A stretch of 64,000 bases of DNA from an uncultured Verrucomicrobiae bacterium. GTDB lineage: Bacteria > Verrucomicrobiota > Verrucomicrobiia > Chthoniobacterales > UBA10450. The translations under genes and the position numbers were made by a program. Positions within the stretch are counted from its first letter, which is position 1; the number at the start of each line of letters is the position of its first letter. The stretch is taken from NCBI GenBank assembly GCA_963801815.1, contig CAWDGJ010000008.1, positions 1-64,000 on the forward strand. Reading direction: 5' to 3'. This document shows, piece after piece, positions 21,823 through 32,752 of this stretch. The notes below the pieces were generated by a model. The model made no database searches. It saw only the letters and a list, made by a program, of their open reading frames with translations, and had not been told where the DNA came from.

Positions 21823-22551
21823 CTATTTGAACACGAGGTGAGCTACAGCGGTTTCGAGATTCAAATAGATTATCGCGACCGCCGTTAGGTCGAACGCCGC
21901 ATGCGCACACATCACCATCCAGATCCGGCCCGTGACGACGAAGATCGTCCCGAAGACGAGACCCGTCATTATCGCCTGTTCGACACCTGGAAGCCCCAGG
22001 TTGGCGTAATGGCCCAGGGCAAACACCGCAGAAGTGAACAGGACGATTAATACTTTTGCGCCGACTCCGGTTCCAAAAAGTTTGCCGAGACGTTCGAACA
22101 AGAATCCTCGGAAAATAGTCTCTTCTCCGAAGCCCGCGCCGACGATCATCGTGAATATTAGCCCAGGGAGTGCAGCCCCGTTCCCTATCACGTAATGGTA
22201 TGCTGAATTGATTTCGGGGGCACCGATTAGCGGCATCACGATCGCCTTCATCAGGAGTTTGAACGCGCAGCCGAAAATGATGCCGATGGCGAGAGTTCCA
22301 AGCCAGCTCCTTGGTCGCACGTAGCCTATGTCGCGCCATGGCGTATGCGAACGCCAGGCCCACAGAAGTACCAAAAGGCCGCCGAGAGGTTTAACGACAG
22401 ACGCCAGCACGATGACGAGAATCGCGAGAAGTCCAAGCGGCCCGAATCCGCACAGTTGCGCGGCGAGCGGATCGTCAGGCGGCGCTGCAGCTTGCGCTTT
22501 GAGCGGGAGCGCAGGAATGCGCTTTGGCAAATTCGGGACGTCGCTTGTCAT
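21823..22551 (-). CDS. CPBP (Abi/CAAX) intramembrane glutamic endopeptidase
   Basis: EETIFRG, FALGH, HAAFD; multiple TM segments. Confidence 0.88.
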   Translation of the reverse strand: MTSDVPNLPKRIPALPLKAQAAAPPDDPLAAQLCGFGPLGLLAILVIVLASVVKPLGGLLVLLWAWRSHTPWRDIGYVRPRSWLGTLAIGIIFGCAFKLLMKAIVMPLIGAPEINSAYHYVIGNGAALPGLIFTMIVGAGFGEETIFRGFLFERLGKLFGTGVGAKVLIVLFTSAVFALGHYANLGLPGVEQAIMTGLVFGTIFVVTGRIWMVMCAHAAFDLTAVAIIYLNLETAVAHLVFK

Positions 22552-22617
22552 GGCCGTGCTCTTGTCCGGTAGTTACTCATGTGATGCGGCGCACCACCGG
22601 TTTGGATTCAAGAACAA

Positions 22618-24534
22618 TTACGCGCCAGAGCTAGTCTCCGTCGTTCGTAGGGCGCTCTGGAGGAGCTCAAGTTCGTGCCAGCGCGCGTAGAGAAGCGCGA
22701 CTTTGTCGCGCGCCATTTTCAATTGGGTTTCCAAATCGAAAATCTCCGCGCGCGGTTTCGCATAAAAATCAGGCGCGGCAAAGGTGGCTTCCAAATCCGA
22801 TACTTCGTTTTCCGCGGCGAGAATGTTCGCTTCCATCGATTCCCATTCGCGTTCTTCTTTATATTTGAGCTTTCTCGGTTTTTCTTTGCTCTTCTTGGCG
22901 GGTTCGCTAGGCCGGCGCAGAGGTTTGAAGCGCGAGCCGAGGCGAGTGCGCTCGCGTCGTTCCAAGTAGTAATCGTAGTTCCCGACGCTGTAGGCGACGC
23001 GACCTTCGCCTTCGAAAGCGAGAATCGACGTGCAAACGCGATTCAGGAAATAGCGATCGTGACTGACGACGATGACGCAACCGCCGAAGGCGACGAGCGC
23101 TTCCTCGAGCAAACGCAACGTTCCGAGATCGAGATCGTTGGTCGGTTCGTCGAGCATCAAGACGTTGCCGCCGCGCTTCAGGATTTTTGCGAGCAGCACC
23201 CGGCTGCGTTCGCCGCCGCTGAGCTGCGAGATCTTGGTGTTGATGCGGTCTTCGCTGAAAAGAAAGCGTCGCAGATAAGCGCGCAAGGTGATGCTTTGTT
23301 CACCGAGCGTGACGTATTCGCCGCCGGTCCCGACTTCTTCCCAAACCGTTTTCGCATCGTCGAGCAGAAGCCGATTTTGATCGACGTAATTGATCTGGGT
23401 CCGCGCGCCGATCTCCACTGCACCGCTCGCAACCGGCAGTTCCTGGAGAATGACTTTGAGGAGCGAGGATTTGCCGAGCCCGTTGCGGCCGACTACACCG
23501 AGACGTTCACCGGCCGTGAGATTGAGATTCACGTGCTCGAAAAGAGTGCGGCCGCCCAGTTCCACGCTGACGTCGGTCAGTTCGATGATGCGATTCGCGA
23601 GCTTCGGCGGCGTGGGAATAATCAACTCGACGTCGAGCTCCGCTTCCGGCGCTTCCTGCGCCGCCATTTCGAAATAACGCTCTATGCGGTCTATCGATTT
23701 CGTCCGGCGCGCACGGGGCGCTTTTCGCACCCATTGCAGTTCGCGTTTCAAAAACTTCTGCCGTTGATGTTCCTGCGCCTCTTCGACCGCTTTTCGTTGC
23801 GCGCGCGCGAGCAGGTAATCGGTGTAGGTGCCGTCGTAGCTGGTGAACGTGCCGCGCGAGAGCTCGATGATCCGCGTCGCCACCCGATCGAGAAAATAGC
23901 GATCGTGGGTGACGAACAAACAGGTGCCGGCGTAACGCGCGAGAAAATCCTCCAGCCATTCGATTGAGCTGGTATCGAGATGGTTGGTGGGTTCGTCGAG
24001 AATCAGAAAATCGGGACGCGCGAGCAGTGCCCGGCAAAGCGCGACGCGGCGTCTTTCCCCGCCGGAAAGCGTGCCGACGACGCGGTCGGGTTCCGGCGCG
24101 TGCAAATTCGTAATGAGCGACTTGATCCGGTGTTCCAAATTCCAACCGTCGACGTGGATAATTTGGTCGAGGAGCGTGGCACTGAGCGGGCTGTCGCCCG
24201 GAACGCGTTCGTATTCGGCGATGAGATCGAGAATCCGTTGCGCGCCGCTGAGAATGTTGGCATGGACCGTGGTCGCATCGTCCAAGCCCGAGACTTGCGG
24301 CATGTAGCCGGTAACGAGATCACGTTGCCGGGTGAACTCACCGGAATCGGGTTGGGCCACGCCGGCCGCGATCTGGAGAAAGGTCGATTTGCCCGAGCCG
24401 TTGCGGCCGACGAGTCCAATGTGTTCGCCTTCGGTGAAGGCAATCGTCGCACCATCGAGGACGACCTGATGGCCGTATTTTACGGAAAGGTTGTTCGCGC
24501 TCGCAATGACTGTGCCGGCTGACGTGTCTGCCAT
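22618..24534 (-). CDS. ABC-F family ATPase, Uup-like
   Basis: GRNGSGKS, LSGGE, DEPTNHLD; ELQWVRKAPRARRTK linker; DEPTNDLD; KLKYKEERE...LYARWHELE C-terminus. Confidence 0.9.
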   Translation of the reverse strand: MADTSAGTVIASANNLSVKYGHQVVLDGATIAFTEGEHIGLVGRNGSGKSTFLQIAAGVAQPDSGEFTRQRDLVTGYMPQVSGLDDATTVHANILSGAQRILDLIAEYERVPGDSPLSATLLDQIIHVDGWNLEHRIKSLITNLHAPEPDRVVGTLSGGERRRVALCRALLARPDFLILDEPTNHLDTSSIEWLEDFLARYAGTCLFVTHDRYFLDRVATRIIELSRGTFTSYDGTYTDYLLARAQRKAVEEAQEHQRQKFLKRELQWVRKAPRARRTKSIDRIERYFEMAAQEAPEAELDVELIIPTPPKLANRIIELTDVSVELGGRTLFEHVNLNLTAGERLGVVGRNGLGKSSLLKVILQELPVASGAVEIGARTQINYVDQNRLLLDDAKTVWEEVGTGGEYVTLGEQSITLRAYLRRFLFSEDRINTKISQLSGGERSRVLLAKILKRGGNVLMLDEPTNDLDLGTLRLLEEALVAFGGCVIVVSHDRYFLNRVCTSILAFEGEGRVAYSVGNYDYYLERRERTRLGSRFKPLRRPSEPAKKSKEKPRKLKYKEEREWESMEANILAAENEVSDLEATFAAPDFYAKPRAEIFDLETQLKMARDKVALLYARWHELELLQSALRTTETSSGA

Positions 24535-24638
24535 GGAAACTGAAAGGTCGAACGCGCAACCCGCCTCCGCAAGGCGTCTACAGCCAGATCGGCAGGGATT
24601 ACGTTCCCGACCGTTTCATTTAACTCGCGGCAAAAACT

Positions 24639-24995
24639 TCAGTTTCGCGCGGCAGCTTTTGCGGCCAGCTTCGCGCTCCACTCTTTCCGCACGATTTTCA
24701 TCTCTGCGCTTAGCCCGTCCAGTCTCGCACGGACACCCTTATACTTTTTCGTGGTCCCATTGACGGTCCGGTCAACCGCGCCCTGACTAACCAAGCCCTG
24801 AAGCTTTTCATAGGCACGCAGGCGCAGCATCTCTTCGCCGCCACTGGCAGCGTTGCGTTGCCGGAGATTGGCCAGGAGAATGTCGAACAAAGGTTTGAAT
24901 TCGAACGCGGCCCTGGACGAAAGGACAGCGACTAACTCTTCGGTGAGGTTGTCGGGTGCACGACGCTTGAAAGAAGCACCGGTTGTCTTAGACAT
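24639..24995 (-). CDS. Hypothetical protein (possible winged-helix)
   Basis: Clean 118-aa ORF with ATG; GGEEMLRLRAYEKLQ. Confidence 0.7.
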   Translation of the reverse strand: MSKTTGASFKRRAPDNLTEELVAVLSSRAAFEFKPLFDILLANLRQRNAASGGEEMLRLRAYEKLQGLVSQGAVDRTVNGTTKKYKGVRARLDGLSAEMKIVRKEWSAKLAAKAAARN

Positions 24996-25039
24996 CTATG
25001 ACTATACCACCGATCCGAGGAATAGCTATCACAAGGGGA

Positions 25040-25067
25040 GTGACAAGTGACGTGTGACAAGTGGCAA
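25040..25067 (+). repeat. GTGACNA heptamer tandem array (also 26099, 27285, 33229, 34357, 35930, 44040)
   Basis: gtgacaa gtgacgt gtgacaa gtggcaa; similar 2-4 unit arrays at the listed sites. Confidence 0.85.
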
Positions 25068-25271
25068 GTTCCCGGAGATAAGATCGTTACCAACGAATTA
25101 TTTTTCTGTCGCGAACGGACTTTCCGGTCAGTGATTGTGGAGCTTCGCACGCGAGCCAAATGGTGCCTCGCCGGGGTTAAACTGAAATGGTAACTCGCAG
25201 GAAAGCGGCGGGGCAACGAAAGTCAAAAGGAAGAACGAAAAATTAAGATCGCTACGAAAAGCCGAAGCGAG

Positions 25272-26084
25272 TCACACCGGCACGGTTACCCGCAAGAAAG
25301 TCGCCGGGATGGATGTGCGCGATTTGTCAGCGCTGGTGTTTTGGCGGTTGAACAAATCTTCCAGTTCCTTTTGCAGCTCGGCGGCGCGGCCATTTTTCTC
25401 GGCTGCTTCGAACGCGTTCATCGTCGGCCCGTAGTATTTTCTGAATTCATCTACGAACGCTGGCGGGGTGCCGGGATAATTGAAGATGAATGTGTCGCGC
25501 GCGAATGAAACCTTGTCAGCCGAAATCCCAGCACCGGCGAACCGCTCGATGACGTTGCTCTCGATGCCCCAGGTCATTGGACTTACGAACCCTTCCGGAG
25601 GAGGCGGCGTGTAGGCCGAGCTGATCTTTAGGATCTGCGCGACCAACGTGGGATCGTTCGGGATCCAATTGCCCATCACGATGCGGCCACCCGGTTTCGT
25701 TACCCGGACCATTTCTTTTGCGACACCGGCAGGCTTCGGCGCAAACATCCCTCCGAAGATGCTGATGACGAGATCGAATGTTTGGTCTGCCAACCCCTCG
25801 AGATTGGTGGCGTCACTTACCCTAAATTTTACATTGGATAGATGCTGTTCAGCGGCGCGTTCGTTCCCAGCTTCGACCAGGTTGCGCGCAATATCGACGC
25901 CCAGCACTTCGGCTCCCAGTCTGGCCGCGGGAAGTGCGGTTGTGCCATCGCCGCATCCGACATCGAGGACTTGCATCCCTTTTTTGATACCGATTCGTTG
26001 CACGAGCGCTTCTCCGCTCTCGCGCATGCTCGCGGCAATACGAGTGAAGTCACCTTTCTCCCAAAGCGCCTGGTTTGGATTCAT
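25272..26084 (-). CDS. Class I SAM-dependent methyltransferase
   Basis: VLDVGCGDG, FDLVISIFG, VTKPGG; start MNPNQALWEKG. Confidence 0.9.
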   Translation of the reverse strand: MNPNQALWEKGDFTRIAASMRESGEALVQRIGIKKGMQVLDVGCGDGTTALPAARLGAEVLGVDIARNLVEAGNERAAEQHLSNVKFRVSDATNLEGLADQTFDLVISIFGGMFAPKPAGVAKEMVRVTKPGGRIVMGNWIPNDPTLVAQILKISSAYTPPPPEGFVSPMTWGIESNVIERFAGAGISADKVSFARDTFIFNYPGTPPAFVDEFRKYYGPTMNAFEAAEKNGRAAELQKELEDLFNRQNTSADKSRTSIPATFLRVTVPV

Positions 26085-26335
26085 GTCACGAGAATGCAGT
26101 GACAAGTGACCAATGACAAGTTGACCGCGGATTACGAGGATGAAACGCATGCGGGCGACTCTTTGGCGATGCTAGCAGGCTTGCAAGAGCGACATCCGCG
26201 CACAGCCAACCGCCGCTGTTCAAGCTCTTTGCGACTAGTTTTTGTGACGACTTGTTCCTAACCGAACAGCATTGCAGGTCGTCGGTCCGTCTCGGCGTTG
26301 ATTGCGGATTCTTAAGGACTTAGCTTTGCAAGCGC

Positions 26336-27288
26336 ATGCACATCTTGCGTTCGGTACTATCAATTTTTGCGGTCGCGCTAATGGCAAGCGCAGTCGCGGC
26401 GGATGATTTTCCGCTGAAGAAATTCGCGCCTTTCACCTGGGTAGTCGATTACGAGCCATTCTGGTCGCCCGACGGGAAACAAATCGTGCTCGTCTCGAGC
26501 CGGCACGGGGGGATGAAGATCCATGTGATGAACGCGGACAGCAAAAGTCACGGCACCGACATGCGGCAGATCACGTTCGGCAACGACGAAGATGACACCC
26601 CGGCGTGGTCACCGGACGGGAAGCAGATCGCGTTTATCTCGGTGCGCGATGATGTCTCGCAGTTGTGCGTGATGAACGCCGATGGCTCGAACGCGCGGCA
26701 ACTCACCCACGGCAAAGCGGAGAACATTCATCCGGAATGGTCGCCGGACAGTCAGCGGATTTTGTTTAACACCACCCAATTTGCCGGCGCGACGGCAGCC
26801 GACGGACGCGACGTGCCGAGCGACAACAAAGTGATCGGCGAACAAATCGATAAGAAGATGGACCTGGCGACGATTCGACCGGACGGCAGCGAGCTGAAGC
26901 GCCTAACGACCGGTGGCGGCTACACCTACGCGTCGTTTTCGCCGGATGGTAAATCGATTCTGCATCGGCGCATCGATGGACCAAAGTCACAGATTTTTGC
27001 CATGAACGCGGACAGCAGTGGTGACCACAATATTTCGGGCGAGAGCACGCTCGACGGTTGGCCGGCCTGGTCGAACGACGGCAAGCGCGTCATTTTCTCA
27101 CGGCGCGTGAACGATCGCTTTCAGTTGTTCGTGATGAATCGCGACGGCACTGGCGTGCAGCAGTTGACCGATGCCGCGGCGAATTTGTCAATCCGCGCTG
27201 GTCACCTGACGGGACCAAGATTTTGTGCGCGCGCCGATTCGGCGACATGAACATCATTATCTTTCCCGCGCCGCCACTAAAACAGTGA
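26336..27288 (+). CDS. TolB-like beta-propeller (PD40 repeats), exported; one indel near 27180
   Basis: Signal peptide; repeated PxWSPDG motifs. Confidence 0.85.
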
Positions 27289-27331
27289 CGAGTGACATGT
27301 GACCATGTGACCAGCGAAGAATTGCGGATGT

Positions 27332-28055
27332 TCACCAGGGAATAATTTTTCGATCCTTGAAAAATTTTCCAGTCTCACGCTGAGGAGCTTCGGTCGCTAA
27401 CCAGACTATGCCCGAAGCTCCTTCCGCTACAGAGCGAGTTGCATTCGAGCCGCCCATGTCGGTGCGGACCCAGCCGGGACACACAGAGTTGACCGCGAAG
27501 TTTGATAACTTGGCGGCGAGCTGAACGGTGACGCCGTTCACCGCCGTTTTCGAAATACAATAGGCCGGCGCCCAGCCGTCGGCGCCATCGGCCAGTTGGC
27601 CGCCACCACTGGAAACATTCACAATCCGTGGAGCGTCGCTCTTTTGAAGAAACGGAACGAACGCTTGCGACACCAACAGCGCGCCGAGCGTGTTGGTTCG
27701 CAACGTGTTCTCGAAATATCTCCGGCGTCGTTGTCAGAATATCTTTGTCGTCGTCGAGCAGAATGCCGGCGTTGTTGATCAACGCGTCGAGGCGATCGCT
27801 TTGCTTTCCAAATTCTTCCGCCGCGGCGCGGATGCTATTCGGATTAGCGATATCGATTTTAAGGAAAGTGACTTCGCCGTAGTCTTCTTTCTGTCGCGCT
27901 TCGTGGTTTAGATTGTCGGCCGCGGCGCGCCCAGCTTTTTCATCGCGCGCACCGAGGAAAACGTGAAATCCCTCACGACGCAGTTGCCGCACCGTTTCAA
28001 ACCCAATTCCCTTGTTGGCACCAGTAACGAGCGCGACTCGTTGTTTTGTTTTCAT
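27332..28055 (-). CDS. Short-chain dehydrogenase/reductase (one indel near 27710)
   Basis: TGANKGIG, NNAG, YCISK, PGWVRTDMGG. Confidence 0.88.
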
Positions 28056-28315
28056 TCAGAAGTCTAACCACGGATTACGCGGATTAAAACGGATGGAATT
28101 GCACCACAGAGATTCACGAAGGAGAGCGCAGAGGAAAAGAGGATTTAATACTCAGCAAGCAAGGAAGGCCGCCGCTCTGCGGCAAACTACATCCAGGGAA
28201 CAAACTTGCCGAACTAGCGGGAGCGTAAAGCAGGAAAGGATTGCGATTTTCAAATGCAAGCGAGACGCCTGCCGCCACAGTCTGGTGCTCTCAACTACCA
28301 ACAATCCACTCTCAA

Positions 28316-29038
28316 CTAATGCCACACTCCCAGCTTCACCATTTGAGTTGTGACTTGGCCGGCCCAGTCATTGTTCGATGCGGGCGAGGCCGGACTCGGA
28401 TGCAGGATTTGTCCGGTGCGCGGTCCCGAGCCTTGGAGAATTGCCTGCGCGCGTTTTGTGGCGAAGTCGCCGACGCCGATGATCCATTCGGGTTCGAGAA
28501 TGCGAACGACCTCGCGCAGATGTTCGTCGCAGGCAGCAAACAATTTCTCGCGCTCGCGCGGCGGAAGTTTGTCCGGGGTACGATTGCGACCGCTCTCTTC
28601 AACAAACGCGAGCGGACAGTAATTCATCACTATGTGTTCGCGGAAAAATTTGTCGGCAGTGCCGAATCGTTTCGCGAACAATCCCCACAAACGTTCGCCG
28701 CTGATCTCGCTCCGGTGACAATCGAACCCGAGCACCGGCCGTTTCGAATTTTCTTTTCGTGGCTTATCGATCTTCGCAGTAATACCGAGCCAATCGCGTA
28801 TGGCCGCGATTTGTCCGAACGGAATACCAGTTTGCGCCATCCCGAATGGGCCCGGATTCATCCCGAGAAAAATCACGCGCTTGGTGCTGTTGCCGTAACG
28901 GCGTAGATAAATTTCGTGCGCGCGCGCGGCGTAATCGAGCGGGTTGTAAACGTGCGTGACCGGCGCATCGAATCTCTGTTTGCGAACCGCGGCGCTGAGT
29001 TTCTGCGCAGCGACGATTAATCCTTCGCTCGTTGTCAC
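28316..29038 (-). CDS. SMUG1-type (family 3) uracil-DNA glycosylase
   Basis: GMNPGPFG, SEISG, HPSPASP. Confidence 0.9.
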   Translation of the reverse strand: MTTSEGLIVAAQKLSAAVRKQRFDAPVTHVYNPLDYAARAHEIYLRRYGNSTKRVIFLGMNPGPFGMAQTGIPFGQIAAIRDWLGITAKIDKPRKENSKRPVLGFDCHRSEISGERLWGLFAKRFGTADKFFREHIVMNYCPLAFVEESGRNRTPDKLPPREREKLFAACDEHLREVVRILEPEWIIGVGDFATKRAQAILQGSGPRTGQILHPSPASPASNNDWAGQVTTQMVKLGVWH

Positions 29039-29241
29039 CGAAGAAACTTAGTCTGGAAAGCAGGAAGCCAGAAAACGAATTAACCACGAATTACACGGAT
29101 CAAACGGATGAAGAAGGCTTTGACCGCAAGCTATGGGATCAAATGCTCTGAAAAATATCCGCGTTATCCGCGATTTCTAAATCTTTGACGATCGAGACCA
29201 AATACTCTGGAAAATATCGGTGTTATCCGCGTAATCCATGG

Positions 29242-31611
29242 TTAATGATTATCACTTCCAACAAGTTTCTCGAATCGCGGGTCCTTACGTAAGGGGTCCC
29301 ACAGCGGATTAGTACGGAGATCGCCGACGGTTTCGCCATTAGGTACTTCAAGCAGATGCGGCAAAGCGGCAACGGCGGAATCGATATCGCCAAATTGTGC
29401 CTGGATAATAGCCAGAGTCTGTTCGGCAAAAGGCTTGGATAGAGCATCGGTGGCGTAATCAGCAATGGCCTGTTGCGCCTGCTCCAGCGCCTTGTCTTTT
29501 TCGCCAAGACCGGCATACGCGAAGGCGAGGTAGCACGGCAGCTGTCGAGCATCGACCGGGACAACCGCGTCGGACGTTGGTTTGAAGGCTGCGACCGCGC
29601 GCTTGAACGTATCGCGAGCTTCGTCGTTTTTCCCCGAAAGCTTCTGGCAGAAACCGAGGAACGTGATCGTTCGGGGATCGTTCGCCACGGACGGCGGCAG
29701 GTTGTGCTGAACATAAACAATCGCGTCGTCGAACCGCCGCTCATCGTAAAGTTGAATAAACCTCTGGATGTTGACGCCGTCGTCCTGCGAGTTCGCGGGA
29801 ATTTTCGCGAGAACTTCAGCGGCTTCCTTGAGCCGGCCTTGTTGCTGAAAAATCGACACCTTCACCGCGAGCACCGACTCGTTCCCGGGCGAAATCTCGA
29901 GAACACGATCAAGGACCGTTTGCGCTTCATCAAAACGGCGCAGGCTCTGAAGCGTGTCAGCAACAGTTGAGAGGATGCCGATGTTGCGCGGATCCAGTTG
30001 CGCGGCTGCCTCATAATGTTTTTGCGCGGCATCAAACTGACCGAGTCGCCGTTCCAGGTGGGCCATCTGCTCGAGCACGAAGGCGCTGTTCGGCAGACGC
30101 CGGAGCGCTTCTTCGTACGATTGAAGCGCGCCTTGGAAATCGCGCAGGACACGGTAACGATAAACACCCTGCGCGAGCCACGCTTCGCCCAGCTCCGGTT
30201 GGAGCGCGATCGCGCGATCCGCTTCTTCTTTCACCTTTGCACCGGTGTTCGTCTGCAGATCAATGCCGTTGAAATAGAGCTGGCTGCGCGCAATCGAAAG
30301 CCGCGCCCACGCCAGCGCGAATCGAGGATCAAGCCGGGCCGCTTCGGCATAAAGCGGAACGACCTGCTTAGTTGTCTCAAGGGTAGCAGCGTCGTCGATC
30401 GCAACCGCGTGCAGGTAAACGTCATATGCTGCCGGATTTTGAGTCGGTTTTTGAGCAACCGCTTTTTGCTCGGCGCCAGAGAGTTTCGTGTTGAGCTGAT
30501 CGGCAATCGCGCTCGCGACTTCCCCTTCCACTCCGAAGACGTCATCGAGTTTACGATTGTAGCTTTCGGCCCAAACATGCTCGTCCGTGGCGGCGCGAAT
30601 CAACTGCACATTCACGTGCACGGCATTGGCGACTTTTTGCACGCTTCCTTCGAGTAAATTCGCAACGCCGAGTTGCTTGCCCACTTCACGGAGATTGTCT
30701 GGACTGCTTTTATACTTTTGGGTCGAAGTGCGCGAGATGACCTTGAGGGCTGCAATCTTTGAGAGCCGAGTCAGAATTTCATCCTGGATACCATCGGTGA
30801 AATAAGCGTTGTCGGGATCGCGACTGAGGTTCTCAAACGGGAGAACCGCGATACTTTTTTCGGATATCGCCGCCAGCGCGGGCTCTACGCGTCCGGCCGT
30901 TGTTCGGAATGCGGTGCGGCTCGCGAAAAACAGGGCCCCCGCGCCAACAACGATCAACGCACCCAACCCAAGAGCAATCATCGAATAACGGCTCCGGCTG
31001 GATTGGGTTGCGGCCGCGGCCGCCGGTCTATCCGATTTCTGGAGTTTGTTCGGCAACGCGGAATTACCGATTTCGTGATTGTAGAAATTTACCAACTGCA
31101 ATCGCTCACCGTGCTTCACTTCGCATTCGCCAAGATCGTGGAGATACGGATGCCATTGATCGTATTGCTCGAGATCTTCGGCGGCGTGCTTTGAAATCAG
31201 AATGTGGCCCGCGTCACCGCAATCCATCACCCGCTGGGCAACGTTGATTCCGGCGCCGGCAATATTCGCCTGCTCATTCAAGTCAGTGACTTCGTTAACC
31301 GGACCGCTGTGAATCCCCATGCGGACGCGAACATCCGGATGGTTTCGCAGCGCCCTGGCAATTTCGACCGCGCAAAGAACGGGACCCTCCAGGTTGCGAA
31401 ACACTAGCGCGCCACCGTCCCCAGTTGGCAAACGCAAAAGTTTTCCCTCGGCGTCCGCCACGCGAAACTGATCGGTGTTGCGGACGATCTCGCGCAACAT
31501 CTGAATTTGCGCGCTTTGCTCCGCAGTGCGCAGCCTGGAATAGCCCACGATGTCGATGAAGAGCACGTGCGCGATCTCGAGTCGCAGGTTTGGTTTTTGA
31601 TCTTCAGCCAT
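29242..31611 (-). CDS. Class III nucleotide cyclase domain + TM + TolB-like + TPR protein
   Basis: LFIDIVGYS, TGDG, RMGIHSGPV, INVAQRV; SIAVLPFENLS; TPRs; WDPLRKDPRF. Confidence 0.9.
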   Translation of the reverse strand: MAEDQKPNLRLEIAHVLFIDIVGYSRLRTAEQSAQIQMLREIVRNTDQFRVADAEGKLLRLPTGDGGALVFRNLEGPVLCAVEIARALRNHPDVRVRMGIHSGPVNEVTDLNEQANIAGAGINVAQRVMDCGDAGHILISKHAAEDLEQYDQWHPYLHDLGECEVKHGERLQLVNFYNHEIGNSALPNKLQKSDRPAAAAATQSSRSRYSMIALGLGALIVVGAGALFFASRTAFRTTAGRVEPALAAISEKSIAVLPFENLSRDPDNAYFTDGIQDEILTRLSKIAALKVISRTSTQKYKSSPDNLREVGKQLGVANLLEGSVQKVANAVHVNVQLIRAATDEHVWAESYNRKLDDVFGVEGEVASAIADQLNTKLSGAEQKAVAQKPTQNPAAYDVYLHAVAIDDAATLETTKQVVPLYAEAARLDPRFALAWARLSIARSQLYFNGIDLQTNTGAKVKEEADRAIALQPELGEAWLAQGVYRYRVLRDFQGALQSYEEALRRLPNSAFVLEQMAHLERRLGQFDAAQKHYEAAAQLDPRNIGILSTVADTLQSLRRFDEAQTVLDRVLEISPGNESVLAVKVSIFQQQGRLKEAAEVLAKIPANSQDDGVNIQRFIQLYDERRFDDAIVYVQHNLPPSVANDPRTITFLGFCQKLSGKNDEARDTFKRAVAAFKPTSDAVVPVDARQLPCYLAFAYAGLGEKDKALEQAQQAIADYATDALSKPFAEQTLAIIQAQFGDIDSAVAALPHLLEVPNGETVGDLRTNPLWDPLRKDPRFEKLVGSDNH

Positions 31612-31723
31612 GTGGTTTTAAGAAACGACGAACTTCAACACTTCAGGGACGATCTAATACCTTAACTCGCCGAAGATTAACGACAAGAAACCGCTACCAC
31701 TGAAGCAGGAATTCGCGGAGATT

Positions 31724-32749
31724 ATGCCCATGGCGGCCGAAGTCCAAGTGACAGATCAAAATTCGGGACTGCGCAAGATTGTCATCGGCCTGGCCATTCT
31801 GCTGACGGTCTGCGTCGCATCGTTGATCATCGCCGGGATAACGAGCGTGATTACGTTGGCGGACCGAATTCACCCGATCGCAGGCAGCGTTGTGTTTTGG
31901 ACGATCGGTCTCGGGGCTGCGGCGACGGCCCTCTACTGCGCGATCGCCTACGCAAACTTGCCCGGCGCACTGATTCCGCCGGAAGAAACGACAGGGCCGA
32001 AGCACGACGCCTATCTGGAAGCACTGCGACTGCGGCTCGCCACCAATCCACGAATTCGCGGGGTGTCCGTTTCCACCAATGAAGAAATCGAGGCCGCGAT
32101 TGGAGTTTTATCGACCGAAGCGGACGCCGTCGTGCGCAGAACCGCGAGCACGGTTTTTTTGACCACGGCGCTGATGCAAAACGGGCGGCTTGATGCACTC
32201 ATTCTCCTGTTCACCCAAATCCAAATGGTGACTCGCGTCGCGCGGGTGTATGTGCAACGGCCGTCACCGCGCGAAATGATTCGGCTTTACGTAAACGTCG
32301 CCGGCACTGCGTTCATTTCCAGCGGATTGGAATCACTCGATCTCGGCGAAATGGTCGCGCCGCTGGCGACTTCCGTAGTGCCGGCTTTGAAAGGCGGAAT
32401 TCCGGGACTGAGCGGAATCTCGGCACTTTTGGTCAAATGCGTTTCCAACGGCGCGGCCAACGCATTCCTGACCCTGCGCGTCGGCGAAGTTGCTAGACGT
32501 TATTGCGAACTGACGTCGCGCAGCTCGCCGGAACTGATTCGAAAATCAGCGACCGCGGCGGCCGTTCAACATCTGGGCCGCATCGTTCGCGAAAACGGCG
32601 CACTGGTCGTGCGCAAGATTTGGGAAAGCACCGGGCGCGCGTTGATCGATAGCGGCGTGTCCAAGGCGGAAGACATCGCGTCTGCCACCCGCGACCTGTT
32701 CGGCCGGATTTCGCATTGGCGAAGCAAAGAAGTGACGAGTGGTCTGTGA
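31724..32749 (+). CDS. DUF697/YcjF-like membrane protein
   Basis: Two N-terminal TMs; TALMQNGRLD, GAANAFLTLRVG. Confidence 0.7.
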   Translation: MPMAAEVQVTDQNSGLRKIVIGLAILLTVCVASLIIAGITSVITLADRIHPIAGSVVFWTIGLGAAATALYCAIAYANLPGALIPPEETTGPKHDAYLEALRLRLATNPRIRGVSVSTNEEIEAAIGVLSTEADAVVRRTASTVFLTTALMQNGRLDALILLFTQIQMVTRVARVYVQRPSPREMIRLYVNVAGTAFISSGLESLDLGEMVAPLATSVVPALKGGIPGLSGISALLVKCVSNGAANAFLTLRVGEVARRYCELTSRSSPELIRKSATAAAVQHLGRIVRENGALVVRKIWESTGRALIDSGVSKAEDIASATRDLFGRISHWRSKEVTSGL

Positions 32750-32752
32750 GTT

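Noticed and set aside
25161..25185. Reverse-strand ...GGCACCA resembling a tRNA 3' end
   Set aside because: No canonical T-loop, and it does not complement the GCCAGGG acceptor strand.
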